This document shows, piece by piece, positions 12,434 to 24,893 of a stretch of 64,000 nt of DNA. Positions within the stretch are counted from its first letter, which is position 1. The number at the start of each line of letters is the position of its first letter. Source of the DNA: Orbicella franksi (Eukaryota); the NCBI GenBank assembly GCA_964199315.1, contig OZ116701.1, positions 32,364,001 through 32,428,000 of the forward strand. Reading direction: 5' to 3'. A program made the position numbers and the translations under genes. Under the pieces are notes generated by a model. It saw only the letters and a list, made by a program, of their open reading frames with translations. It had not been told where the DNA came from and made no database searches.

Positions 12434-12750
12434 GCGCCTAGAGTTACGGTCAGCTCAATTAAGGGATAGAGTTCTCGCCACTAAGAGGCTGGATGGACAT
12501 AGTTCTCCTTGTGCACCGACTCCACCCATGAGATAGGGTGAGGGGAATGCCCAGAAATTCAAGAGCGCAGGCGTCTTTTGAAAAATTAGGGTAAGCGCCT
12601 AGAATTAGAGGTAGCTCAAGTCGGGGTAGTTTCTCGCCACTGAGAGGTTGGGAGCGAAATAATTCCCTTGCGCATCGACTATTCCCATTTGTCAGTAGAT
12701 GAGGGGAATTCAGAGAACTCCGAGATTGAAGGCGTTTTTAGAAAAATCGG
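12434..12750 (+). repeat. Two diverged tandem units, period 161 bp; candidate structured ncRNA pair
   Basis: Units start at GCGCCTAG (12434, 12595). They share TTCTCGCCACTnAGAGGnTGG, CTTGnGCAnCGACT, CCCAT and TGAGGGGAAT, and end in AGGCGT plus a T-tract followed by GAAAAAT. Confidence 0.85.
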
Positions 12751-13025
12751 CCTCTTTTTATGTGACGAAGGTTCGACGGAAGAAATGGTGCATTGAGTCC
12801 ACAGTATAGCCAGCGGTTAACATCCGTCGTAAAAGAAAAAAAAGCGCGATGGCGCCGCCGTTGAAAGTGCTTTCATGAAATTTAAATTATCTACGGTGTA
12901 CCTCTTCTTGCCACTATCATGATGATCAAGGATAATACTCAGTCATTATCGAACGAAGCTCGCAGATGGTGATTTTTGAGGGCAGATGCAGAAGGGCAGA
13001 AGTTTTATTCAAGGTGATTCAAGAA

Positions 13026-16000
13026 ATGAATCTTTTTGACCTTTCTAGCTGGTGTATCGTAGCCGCATTCTTCCTTATTACTCGCGTTTCCAAAGGGACG
13101 TTTTTTGATATGAAACCCTCCGTTAAAAGCTATCTTCCAAACTACGAGTTTTATCACAACATCACAAGGATGAATGAATGCCTGCGTCACATTTCTGCGC
13201 AGTATTCTGAACTTGTGGATGTACAGATGAGATACCGTTCCAGGCTTGGACTTTCACAGTACGTTCTTCGCATTTCGAACTTTTCGCTTGATTCAATTAT
13301 CGAGAACAAATTAGACAGGCGATCGAGGATATTGCTTTCGTATGGTGAACATGCGGCTGAGTTTTTTCCAGTGCAAAGTTTGTTTCACTTGCTGCAAAAT
13401 GTAACTCAAGGTATCGACTTACCTCCAGGGACATATGGGCGTAATTTTACCCGGTTCTTACTCAACAATTTTGATTTGTACCTGGTGACAGTTGTAAACC
13501 CAGATGGCCGGGTAATCATTGAACAAACTCGAAACTATTGCTGGATGGGCACTGCAAATAACGCCGACCTTAACTCTGATCTGGATGGGAAATTTGCTGA
13601 CAGAAATATAGCAGGTTTGTTTAATAATCTTATTTACTCTCACAGCTTTTTTTCGGCGTTTTGAACGACTGTGTTATTAATCATTTCAATAACATAAATC
13701 TAGGCTTATTATGAACATTTGAGTCTGGTTCTGTTCTACAAACAGGGAATACAGTCACAAATAAATAAGAAATTTCATCCTTCTTTATTACTTGAATAAT
13801 AAGGTTAAACTGAGATGGCCAATAACAAAAATCAGCCAATCAAAACACTTAATTGTTGGTCCAATATTTCTCAGTATTGGACTCAGTAAAGCTTCAACAT
13901 TTTCCCCTCAGTCGTGGCTGGGGTGTAGATTAAGATTATATCGTGATCAAGCAAGCTTGAGTGGTCTTCAATTGGGTGTCGTAAAAAACAAACATCAAAA
14001 TCACTCTGGCTAATCACAAAGGACACGAACCATCCACTGAACCAATCAAAATTCTAAGCAAGTATACAATACAATACAATACAAATTTTATTAGCACTCC
14101 CTATGGGGACTTTTCAGTGCTAATACTGCTAAATAAGTTACCTTAAAATTAAAATGATGTAAATCAACGTACCAAGGAATTATAAAAATGATATGAAATA
14201 AGGTAGAATTTTGTGACAATATTATATTATGAAAATAAAAATTCATGTAAGAGTTTACCTTGTAATCTTCATTTAAAAATATTCAGAGATTCGCTTAGCT
14301 TAAGATTTCTCTCTAAACTATTCCATAATGACACTGTTTGATAGTAGAAAGTCCTTTGTCCTGTAGAGGTCTTAAAAAGAGGAATGTTTATAAGTTGCGA
14401 ATTTTGAGTCTCGCAGCCACTTATCTCCGTTCGCTTTAAAAAGAGTGATGAAAGGTAAGCGGGAGCTTGTCCAGTCATGCATTTAAAAGCAAGCACAGTG
14501 TCACGATGACATAGTTGTGATTTAACTGGCAGCCAGGGTAACTCTTTTAGGACTGGGGTCACATGATTGAACTTTCTGGTATTACTAATTATTCGGGCAG
14601 CAAAGTTCTGCACTTCTTGAAGTTTGAGGAGGTTAGTAGTTGCTGCATTTGATCAGACCGACGAACAATAAAGCAATCTGCTGAAAACTAAGGCATTGAT
14701 TATAATGATTAGAGTGTTTTTATCAAACACATGTTCAACGTGACTAATTTGGGTTAGGCTAGACACACAGGATGAAACAGTTTTAAGGATGTGATCAGAA
14801 AAGGTGAGGTTCGAGTCAAATGTAATGCCAAGGTCTTTGACAAGTTTTGCGGGTAAGAGTTCCTTCCCCATTAATGAAAGAAGGACGTCAGGGAGTTTGG
14901 AGAGAAGCTGACGACTTCCATATATCATAACCTTTGTCTTATCTAGATTCAGGAGGAGATAATTGTCAAAACACCAGTTACGAATTCTTAAGAGATCATC
15001 ATCAATGTCAAGGATAGTATTAGCCCAGTCTTGAATTGAGAAGGAAATGTGGAGTTTAGTGTGATCAACATAGCTTTCAGATTGACAGTGCTTAAAAACT
15101 GATGGTAGATGGTTCACATATGTACTGAAAAGGAGAGGTCCCAGGATACTCCCTTGTGGTACACTGCTGTCTACGGGTAGTGGCTCCAACAATTCCTTAT
15201 TTATACGAATGACTTGACGGCTTTGACTTGATGGGAAGAAATTTACTCTGCTGGAGACCATTTTAAATGCTGGAAAGCAATAACAGCTGATGCAGCAGGC
15301 TATGAATTCAGTTCAGTTTGGTAAGAGCATGCCGTTTGAAGCCAAGTCGCACTACTGCTGTGTGGCACAGCAAGAGTCTGCTGTGCTAAGTGATCATGCC
15401 GAACTTAATTTAGGCTGCCAAACTGAGTGGTATATTTTCACAAGATCCCTGATCAGCTAGGGGGTAGCTGATGAAATGTGTTAAATCTGATCGATTTATT
15501 TTTATTAATTCTTTCCACTTTCAGTGTTCATGATTATTGATATTTTGCTACTATCTGGTTAACACACAATCGTGTCCACATTTACGGAAAATAATTGTAA
15601 GGCTGAAATCTTCAGTTGGTTTTAATACTATCAGTAATATTGGTGACAGGGTAGCTTGTGGTTAAGCAAATTAATGATGACAAGTGAGGGTGGGGAGGGA
15701 GGGGTAATTGAAGACAGCTGATTAATCTGTGCACTAATAAGGGAAGGAAGGTGCAGGGAAGTAGAGATACTCTCCCAGAACTCTCTCCTAGATCCTCACC
15801 AAATCTTCCACTTGGGGGAAATAAAAATGATTTTGACGAAGTCAAGTGTTTGCCTATATTATATTAAATTGCTTTATTCATTGGTTATCAAACACATTCT
15901 TATAAAGTTGGGAAAATGTCTCTTGTATTTTGTCCAGATTTGCAGGAAGTTGTTTTGTGCTAAACATTTTCCTCATAAATAAGCATTTTATTGTCTAATG

Positions 16001-19000
16001 CCTGAACCAGTATTAACCATTCATTTCCTTGTAATAGACTGTACAGCAGTAAATTAGTGTAGCCAATCTATTTTATGTATTTTCTTTCCTTTCAGAGCCA
16101 GAATGTATGGTTATAAGGGAGTTAACCACTGAAAAACAGTTTGATGCCTTTATTTCATTTCATTCAGGAAAAAGACAAATAGTTTTTCCAACAATAGGTA
16201 GGCCTGTCACTCAAGTAACTACCTAAGGGGGATTATGTGTACTAAAGGCATCCCTGGTCGAGTGTTGATCGATACCCTCGATTGACCCTTGATCAACATC
16301 TTGATCTACACTCAACCGCAAATGTAATTAGAACACATGATCCTCTAAGGGTTGGTTTTGAGCCAAGCTGGAGAAGCAGTGTATTGTGAATTTACTGAGT
16401 GTAGGTTGTTTGTTTTATGGGCTTTTTTGTAGCTGGAAAGGTGGATAGCTATCCGCAGGCAAAATAACATGTAATTTTACAGTGAAAGAAAATAAAGATT
16501 ATTGTTGTTGTTATAAAAAAATAGCTTTATGGTTAGTGTGGTGGATTCCAGACTGAGCAGTCTGGTCTGAGCCCTGGGCGAAATTGTCATGTTGTGTTGT
16601 TTTATCCACCCAGGTGTGTAAATGAGCACTGGTGAATTGAATACTTAAATACTGGTGGCTACACTACAATGAACTAGCATCCCATCCAGGGGGGAAGAAC
16701 CTGATGTACAACTGTCATTTCTTAGACACTGTCATTTCATAGACACCAGAGATGTTGCGAGCACTGCCCTGGTGGGCCACTAGGCTTGAATGCAGACTGT
16801 ACATTTTTGTAATCTGTTGACAGTAACATATGTTGTTTTCTCTAATATTAATTTGTGAACTAAGATCCCTCTTACCAACAGTCAGCTGAAGAGGTGCTTG
16901 AGCTTTGCTCAGGGCTTTTTAAAGTTCGGTATTTTTATATACTGACAGGAGTTTCTGAAAGCTTGAACATATGACTATTGTGCATCACAATGCTTTTAAC
17001 TGAAAATGATTTTGTTTCACAGGAAAAAATTCCAAAGTTAGTGGCACAGATGTCTTCTATTTAGCATCCCTTCTTTCATCATCTTTGATGTCAGACCATG
17101 CACTCGTTCCTGTAAATATCACTGATCTTGCTGGTCAAAGTATTTTTAGTTATGCAACTGAAGAGAAACAGGTGAAATGAAGCATTGTTAACTTCTAACT
17201 GTGAATTACTAAATGATATCTCTTCCAGTGATATAAAATGATAAATTATTAACTATAAGTTTTATCTGAATACTGTTAAAGATGTCATGTTCAGTATCTA
17301 ACAATCCTTATTCCTTTTCACATACTTATCTGAAATGAAGCTATAAAATATGAACCCTGCATGTGACCCCAAAAATCAAGTTTAGTTTATTAGCATCATG
17401 TACAGTACTAAAGGCATCGTGGTTCAGTGTCGATCTATCAATTGACCCTCGATTGACTCTTGATCAACATCTCAATTGACATTTGATCAACAGTCAATCA
17501 GAACTTGATCAACACTTGATCAATACTCCATAAACATCTCGATCAATACTCAGACAACGGTCCATCAACATCTCGGTTGATGGTCAGTCAGAATCGTCTA
17601 ATATTTGCAGACACACCATCAAGTGTCAATCAATGCATGTGAGTCAGTCAACACTCGACCAACTTTCAACTGACTGTCGATTGAGTGTAGTTGAGATGTT
17701 GATCGAGTGTTGGTCTAGTGTCGACCAAGTATCATTTGAGATATCTATCAAATGTTGATTGAGATGTTGATTGAGTGTCAACCAAGGGCCGAGCGAGGGT
17801 ATCAACTGACACTTGATCATGGATGCCTTCAGTACACATGATCTGTTTATTGCTTATTTACAAAAGGAAACATTTGTTTCTTTGTTACTTTTCTTACTAG
17901 ATTCCATTTACATACAAAATTTTTCTGTGGGGAAATGAAGAGACACAATCTAGAGTTGCTGAAGAGGACTGTTTCAGTAGATTCAACCCTCCGAGTGAGA
18001 GCCTTCAGGTATGACAAAACTTTTATCAGGTTCTCATGGTTACTTACAGATATTTAAGAAATAGAAAACATGTGCTGTGTTTCTATCGAGTTGTAGAAAC
18101 ACGAGTGAAAGTTTGGGAGAATGAGAAATGCTCTGGTAGCACAAGCCAAAAGGTGAGCGTTTCCACAGCTTTTTTGAGTTCTTCCAGACTTCCATTCTAT
18201 TAAACAATATTAGATTATGAGCTTGTTAACAAGGGCACACAGCTACACTACTCACTATCTATCACAGAATAGATAGTACGGTAGGTGGTGTAGCCAATTA
18301 GTGAATGGCGTTGGTGATAGAGTGTTAGTAGATTTATACTAAAACCTCATAGACACAAAGAGAACATGTTTTCTACATCTTTTAGAAAATACTGCAATGA
18401 AAAAGTTGAAAACAACTTGATCACTTTGATCATGAAAATGTAAATTCTCATTACTCCTGCCATCGTTAGATCAACAGCTCATGCTTGATGTATGTTTCTA
18501 GCGAGTTATGGAAACAGTTTTTAACCAATCAGCACATATTTTCTAAAAAAAATTGTCAGTTAAAGCGAAGTTGCAATTGTTAATAGAGGTTAAAACATGT
18601 CATTTGAATTTGAGTGGTTTTGAGTATGATGTATGATACTACAGTGTACTATCACATATGACATTCACAGTTATAATACCCATCCACATCCCTCTCTGCC
18701 ACCCCCGAACTACACCCCTCCACAGATCTCACATGGAGAAATCCTTCTCATGAGGAGTCCTCCATATGAATATTTAGGCTACCAAACGGCCTTTACCATA
18801 AGCACAGAATTTCATAGTGAACGTACTTTATGGTAACCTAGCAATATTGTATGAGTTTTTCTTGATACAAGAAAGTGGGGAGACCGCTACTAACAAGACT
18901 TTTAATCTCTTTGCACTCAATACAGGATGAGTTGGAGGCTGTCCACCGTCTATACCCAACCCTCTTTTATTTTATGCATTTCTGGAAAGAAATGCAGCTC

Positions 19001-19437
19001 TATACCATTGCTGAACAATGGACGAATGATGAGGTATGTCAGGGAGATGGTTTATTTAAGCTGCTGTGTGTTTAAGAGCTAGCTCTAGGAATTTATGCGA
19101 AAAAATAATCATGTTTTTTTTAGTTTGCATTAATTTATTTTGCAATGGTTGCATGATACATGTAGCTGTGAATGTTTTTTTTTTTTAAATTCTTATAATA
19201 TATAGGACTGGTAAACATAATAATGCACAAATTTCTTTTCTCCTTTCCTAGACCGTTGAAACAAGGAAACTACCATTCATTGTGCGGTTGTTTTTCTTTA
19301 TATTGGGATGTGCTACTGTTTTCTTAATTTGTAATCTTCGAGTTCCTTTCAAATGGAAAATGTACTACAGACGACAAAGGCGTATCGTCAGCTTCAGGTC
19401 TTTAGGAACACTTTTTACTTTGCTTATGATAACTTGA
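13026..19437 (+). CDS. Peptidase M14 (zinc carboxypeptidase)-like type I membrane protein, probably catalytically inactive
   Basis: Exons 13026 (or in-frame ATG 12966)-13614, 16096-16197, 17023-17171, 17901-18008, 18926-19033 and 19252-19437 are in phase. Signal-peptide-like N-terminus; GEHAAE (HxxE), NPDG, EPE, FISFHSG; C-terminal hydrophobic helix followed by a basic tail. Confidence 0.85.
14065..15230 (-). mobile_element. 5'-truncated, degraded L2/CR1-clade LINE (reverse transcriptase fragment) in intron 1 of the M14 gene
   Basis: RT motifs VPQGSILGPLLF, degenerate YADD (YVDH), LNLDKT, KDLGITFDSNL, FSRLLYCSSV, QNFAARII, LKELPWLPV, broken across frames. The 3' end has AATAAA and a (TTGTA)4 tail at 14065-14084. 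Confidence 0.9.
16230..16343. mobile_element. GGATCATGTG-TIR MITE family, short copy
   Basis: Ends ggattatgtgtactaaaggcatcc and acacatgatcc; flanks cctaaggg / tctaaggg (8-bp TSD, 7/8). Confidence 0.8.
16525..16695 (+). mobile_element. Old tRNA-related SINE, CORE-like family; further copies near 35800-35920, 36460-36620, 36850-36960, 40650-40870 and 44700-45010
   Basis: Shared blocks such as ccacccaggtgtgtaaatg, aactagcatcccatccaggggg, and on the other strand cactgtgagggttaagtgacttgcc. These resemble the SINE CORE motif; copies are heavily diverged. Confidence 0.55.
17393..17844. mobile_element. GGATCATGTG-TIR MITE family copy
   Basis: Ends gcatcatgtacagtactaaaggcatc and ggatgccttcagtacacatgatct; flanks gtttatta / gtttattg (7/8). 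Confidence 0.8.
18050..18545 (+). repeat. Interspersed repeat; an inverted, fragmented copy lies at ~21390-22130
   Basis: gtttctatcgagttgtagaaacacgagtgaaagtttgggagaatgagaaatg is the reverse complement of catttctcattctcccaaacttccactcgtgtttcta near 22070-22110. Confidence 0.7.
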
Positions 19438-19616
19438 AATTTTTACAATTACGTACATAGTTAGATATCATGTATATATGTTAAAGCCCTTTATACTTTC
19501 TTCTTTCAGAATTAAATCAAAATTAACAGTGATTGTTCACATATTAAATTGTCAAATGCCTTGCAAAGGCCTTAAAAGGCCCCAAATATTAAAAAATATT
19601 GTTTAGTGGGTTGCAT

Positions 19617-19818
19617 TGTGTAGTTCCAGAAAATATCCATACCTCCCCCACAGAAGGGATTTTTTCTAAGACCCTTCCCCCCCCCCCCCCTACTCCTCTG
19701 GAAATTCCAATTAAGCTCATACATTTCTTTATTTTTTTTGGTCATACAGAACCCCCCATCACCAGGAAATTCCAATCCCTTCTGTGGAGGGAGTGTGGAT
19801 ATTTTCTGGAACTGCACA
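19617..19818. mobile_element. Short MITE-like element
   Basis: Inverted ends tgtgtagttccagaaaatatcca / tggatattttctggaactgcaca. A degraded relative lies at ~23400-23560. Confidence 0.75.
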
Positions 19819-21960
19819 TTGATCATGATATGAAGGGTCCAATTTGTTTGGAATATTTCCATTTAGGTAAATTTCACAGGAACTTTGTAATGCTACAGCA
19901 GAGTGTTTCAATATTGACAGTTTTCCTTGAAGCAATTTGGAAGTCAAATTTGCTCAAACAAGTTATCAATTAGTTCTATTTGACAAGTTCCAGTTTTTGC
20001 TTTTTTCTTGTAAAATGAAATAATACCTACCTCTGTTTTACAGAAGGAGAAAATAATTGCATTACAGTCAGCAGTTTATCAACAGCTTGAGAGAAATGAG
20101 TAACAGGTTGACTTTCTCTGCAACCTGGGGCTTTGCAGATTCAATTTTGAAGTGCAATTTTAGATTTTATAGTATTAATGTCCCCAGATACTACCGGTAA
20201 TGTGCTAGAATTTGTATAAACTCAACCTGTTACCTGTTCCTTTAGTCTGTTATTAAACAGTCAATCATAGGGAAACCAAAGTGGTATCATTTAATTTTAC
20301 ACAGGAAAATGAAAACCAAAACTGACTGAAAAAAATGGAACTGGCAACTTGTTCAGGCGAATATGAATATTGGAACACTGCACTGAAACAATGCAGAGTT
20401 TCAATTTAAAAACCCACTCTGTCTGACTGTAAATGTGATTTTGCTAATAGGGACTAAATAACATTTATTTTGTCTTTAAGTCAGAGTAAAACAATTTAAA
20501 AGATTGTCAAGTATAGAGGTATATTTAATATGAAGCAATGCTGGTAAGAGGGGCTATGGCAGTGGTAGTTCTATAGACATCCAAGTAAATATCCTACTTG
20601 ATATCAAGGGATTTCTTACTACTGCTATGGATATATCCCAGGGATATATCATGATATCATTACAGTACTACGGATATTACCAGGGGCAATCCTTTGAAAA
20701 TGCTCAATAATGACGTGTATACAAATTAAAGCATGTTAAAACAGACATCTTTGACTGCATACCCACTTCATAACTCATGAGGAAAAACTCCTTTGTGTAT
20801 GCACTTTTCTGTGCACAGTTGGTACTGCCATGGCCTTGGGCCAACATTCTCCAGTATGGCCCAGGTGCTCGGTTAGTAAGAGGATAGATACTAGTCATTC
20901 TGTGTAATACTAAATGCATCTGTGTAGCACTAAATGTACATTGAATATGGCATGAGCGACATCTCCATCTTTAAGGGAGGAGTGACTATCAGAGACAAGG
21001 TATCTGTTTCTTGACATAATAATCTTACATATATTTAAAAACACACTTTATATTTAAGATATCTTGAACTAATATATGCATACATTTTATGGTTAAAAGA
21101 TAATATATAATGAAAGCAATCTGGAACTTTCTCAAATGTCATTCTTGTGGTCCCTCAAGTTGTCTACATCTACATTCTTAACTTGCATAATAATTATTAA
21201 TATGTCCAATCTGAGGACTGTTCACAAGTACTATGAAAAGAAAATAAGGAAATAAATATTATTAGACAAATATAGGTATAAACAAATAAATTACTACACA
21301 TGCTGTACTGTTGTGCACTGAATAATTTTAATTAAGTTTAGAATAGCCAATTATAAAGAAATTTGTGCACTGATTGGTTAAAAACCATATATCTGTAACT
21401 CAATAGAAACACAGAAAAGTTGTCATAGTCGTGCTGTTCATTATTTTCTTTGGGCTCCTATCTAAAACAGATAGCAAAAATTTTCCTCAAGTTTCTATCA
21501 CGATTTATAGCTCACCACTGAATTTTCTCCAATTCTTATTGGTTTAAATTGATTGTGATGCAGTAGTTTTCATTGGTGGAAAGACACTATCAGCCCATAG
21601 TGCGTGTCCAACTCATCCGTGAAAATGTTTCTGTAAACAGGCTGCATGCACAAATAAATAATTGATTGCTCTGCATTTAGAGGGTTTTTTGTTTTTGTTT
21701 TCCTTTTTCAAATTTTATATTTGGCTTTCATGTCTCTGTCATCTCTCATCTAAAAAAAGTTGAAAACATTTCAATACGATTTTTGAACTGGTGTGCAGAA
21801 GAAAATTTAGTGGTGAACACTAAAAGGGATAGATTGTTTGTCTCAGAACTAATGGTCTGGTAGTCGCCCCTTGGAAAGACTAGTATGTTTGCCCTCATAG
21901 CTTTGTTTCTTGGGCAAATGTTTGTTTCAAGAACATCAAATTTCTGCGGGGCAACTATCA

Positions 21961-21991
<31 letters not shown>

Positions 21992-22949
21992 GTTTAATTG
22001 AAGCACATGAAATTTTAAGAGAACTAGAAAAAGCTGTGGAAGTACTAGCCTATCAACTCGTGTTTCCACACCATTTCTCATTCTCCCAAACTTCCACTCG
22101 TGTTTCTATTTAACAATTAGATTATTTGCTCTCAATTTATATGCGTGATAGTTGACAACCTTTTCTCATTTAAATTTATGCATAAGAAAGTGGCATCACT
22201 ATCCTCATTTAGGAGAAATCTCAATAATGTTGTGTATGGTTGTAAGAAAAATAAACCCTGTTACAGGTTTTTGTTGTCATATTAGTGATGGAGTGTTGGA
22301 CCTGCAGTACTTGTGTAGAGAGGGTAATGAACTGCGCAATTTGTGAAGACCAGTACATACATAAATAGTACGGATGGTTTTTGATCCAAATTAAGTAAGG
22401 TAGTGGTTGACGATGTATGAGATGATTGAGTATCAGTAGTTTGTTGGTTGACTGTCCCAAGAGCATGCAACTTGTGAAGTGTCCATTGCTAAAAGTAACA
22501 ATAATTCAGTCACTACACCAGTATGTGTTGAGAGCTCTCCTTTACTTGTGAGAAACCTGAGATGATCAACCACCTCAGCTCCAAATTTTTCATGGCTATT
22601 AGTAATTGTTGGTAGAAGATGTAAACAGTTGTACAAACATGCCATACATTACAAAAATACATTATTTTTATTAAAAAATGCAGTCTACAAATGACTTGAA
22701 AAACAAAAATATCGTAGTTAGATTACATGCAGTAATACAATGCATCAGCATAAATTTACATTAATAATAATTTAATGTCTGGCAAGACAGTGTACATTTC
22801 ACTCTAAAAGATCGGAATGAATCTCATTGCACAAAGCTTTTTTAATGTAATGTGTAGGAATAATTCAGTTGGTACACTGGTACCATGGGTTCAGTGGCAA
22901 TTGACAGCTAATGTCAATGTTTTGAGCAGTTAACAAGTTGTGAAGCATT

Positions 22950-24893
22950 TTACTCTTCTCTGTTCCTTTTAGCTCCCCTTTTCATAATTATTGGTTGTCT
23001 GCAAGGTCGTTTGCCTTTCTTATCTGTATCTGTAGATGTCCTTTTCTGAAAGATATGCAAATTGAAAGGTGTGTCATTATGATGTAAGCACTAGTATGAT
23101 TTCTTGTCCATTGTTGAATAATTATGCATGTAAATGTAGATAAAGACCTATAAAGCTATACCTTTTGCATGTATTACATGCCTATGGTGTAACTTACTAA
23201 AATTACAAGGATTTTAATAGATCTGGTTTCTATTATGCTTTGGTAATGACTAAACAATCGGCCTGTTTAGTGGACACGTTTAAGGATGCGTAACATAATT
23301 TGAGAAGTGTTTCTTGTACCTTCTGGAGGTAGGAAGTTGGTTTATAAGAATGCTAAACAGTATTTAAACAGCACGTTTCTGGAATATGTTTTTCCCTAAA
23401 ATAATATATTTTTTTGGATTTCACTCATTCCCTCCCCTCTGGGAAGATGTTCCAGTTTAACTTCATACTTTCGTTTTAACATTTGGACATATGATATCCC
23501 CCACCCCCTTGGGATTTCCAGTGACGTTCTATGGGGTGGGTATTGATATTTTCCGTAACTTCACAATCTACATTTGGGTGTTGCATGGATGTGGATGGTC
23601 AGGTTCACTGAGGATATGCAAAACCAGGCTATTGATTTTGTCACAGTTTTGTTAAATACATTAAGTTAATCAACATCAGCAGTAAGTGGTATCTTTTGGA
23701 GTGAATTTTGCAGCCCTGCACCACTATTACAGAAAAAGTCCAAACTGAATCTTGGTCTGGGAATGTAATCTTCCTGTACTGCCATTCAGATTCATGACCT
23801 TTTCAGGCTACACCTTTGAGACCATTATTGTCAGAGTTCAACAAAGAGATTGCACTGGTTATTTACTTACTGGTCTTTTCCTTTTGTGTGATGTTGTTTC
23901 CTTGGTTAATGTTTCAGAGTCGGTGTTGGTAATGTTAGCTGACTTCAGAATGTTGTCAACATCTGATTCTTTTACTGGTGACTCAAAACTTCCTGAAAGA
24001 TATATTGATTTTTACAATTCGAAACATGCTTGTTAAATGCATGGATGGCGGTTCACAAAGTACTCGTCACTGGCTACCTCCACTCAAACACAACCCCCCA
24101 CCCCTTCCCCCGAGGGTACACCCCGCTTGCTGAAGAAATATTCAAGGAGGCGAAATGTGGTCATATGTGAAGTCAAACTCTTCTCAAAATTAGAGCTGAA
24201 CGAGTTTCAAAAATCCATGCTTCATGTCCTCCTTCCTATGGTCAAAATAAAATAGTCCCACAGATTGCGTGGTGAAACGCAGTATTTGATGTAAGCCCTA
24301 AACTTCGCGCGCTTTGCTCGCGTGGACGGTTTTGCTTTACCTTCAGTTTTCTTTTTATCCTCCGTTATTATTTCCTCCAAAATAGACAGAAGCTCGTCTT
24401 CGGGTTCCACGTCGTCATACTTTTCAGGCAAGCAATCTATATTTCCCAGTAAAAAGAGTTCTGGTACCAGAAAATCTTGGTTGTAATTGAAGCCTGGGAA
24501 AATAGCTTCTCCGGGCCATTTGTCAGCCTCGGGGGAGGTTAGTGAGGGTTCGCTTGTTTCTTCGTAAAGGCTGAAGTAAAATAAACTTGACAGTGTGAAA
24601 TTAAAATAAAACAAAATTGCGGTAAAGAACAGTTGTTTTGAAAGAAGGGAAAAAATTACCCAGCTTTAAAATTATAGCTACATTTTAAAACACTGCTTAA
24701 TTACGCAAGAATGAGAGGTAAGCAAAATGTACAATAGCCAAAATGGTCTAAAATAGCCAAGGGAACCAAACGGAAATCTTTACCTATTCATGTCTTCGCT
24801 GCAGAGATATTTGCGAATAAGGTCGTCAATGTAGTCGTCTTCAACTCTTTGATCCTCGCAGGGAATTTTTTCCAGACTGTAGTTCCTCGCCAT
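22950..24893 (-). CDS. Uncharacterised protein, about 185 aa, acidic N-terminus and basic C-terminus; may have further 3' exons
   Basis: Exons 24893-24784, 24570-24341, 23992-23871 and 23045-22950 join with GT-AG sites in phases 2, 1 and 0 without stops (MARNYSLEKIPCEDQ...KRKRPKRTST...MKRGAKRNREE*). AATAAA near 22655-22665. No family recognised. Confidence 0.65.

Noticed and set aside
12434-12750. 5S rRNA-derived sequence (TGGATGG, GGGAATGCC and CCCATGAGATAGGG resemble 5S fragments)
   Set aside because: Motif spacing and length do not match 5S and the similarities are short. Kept only as an unassigned structured repeat.
15420-15850. Extension of the LINE or a separate ORF (15612-15845)
   Set aside because: No endonuclease or RT motifs; low-complexity C-rich translation.
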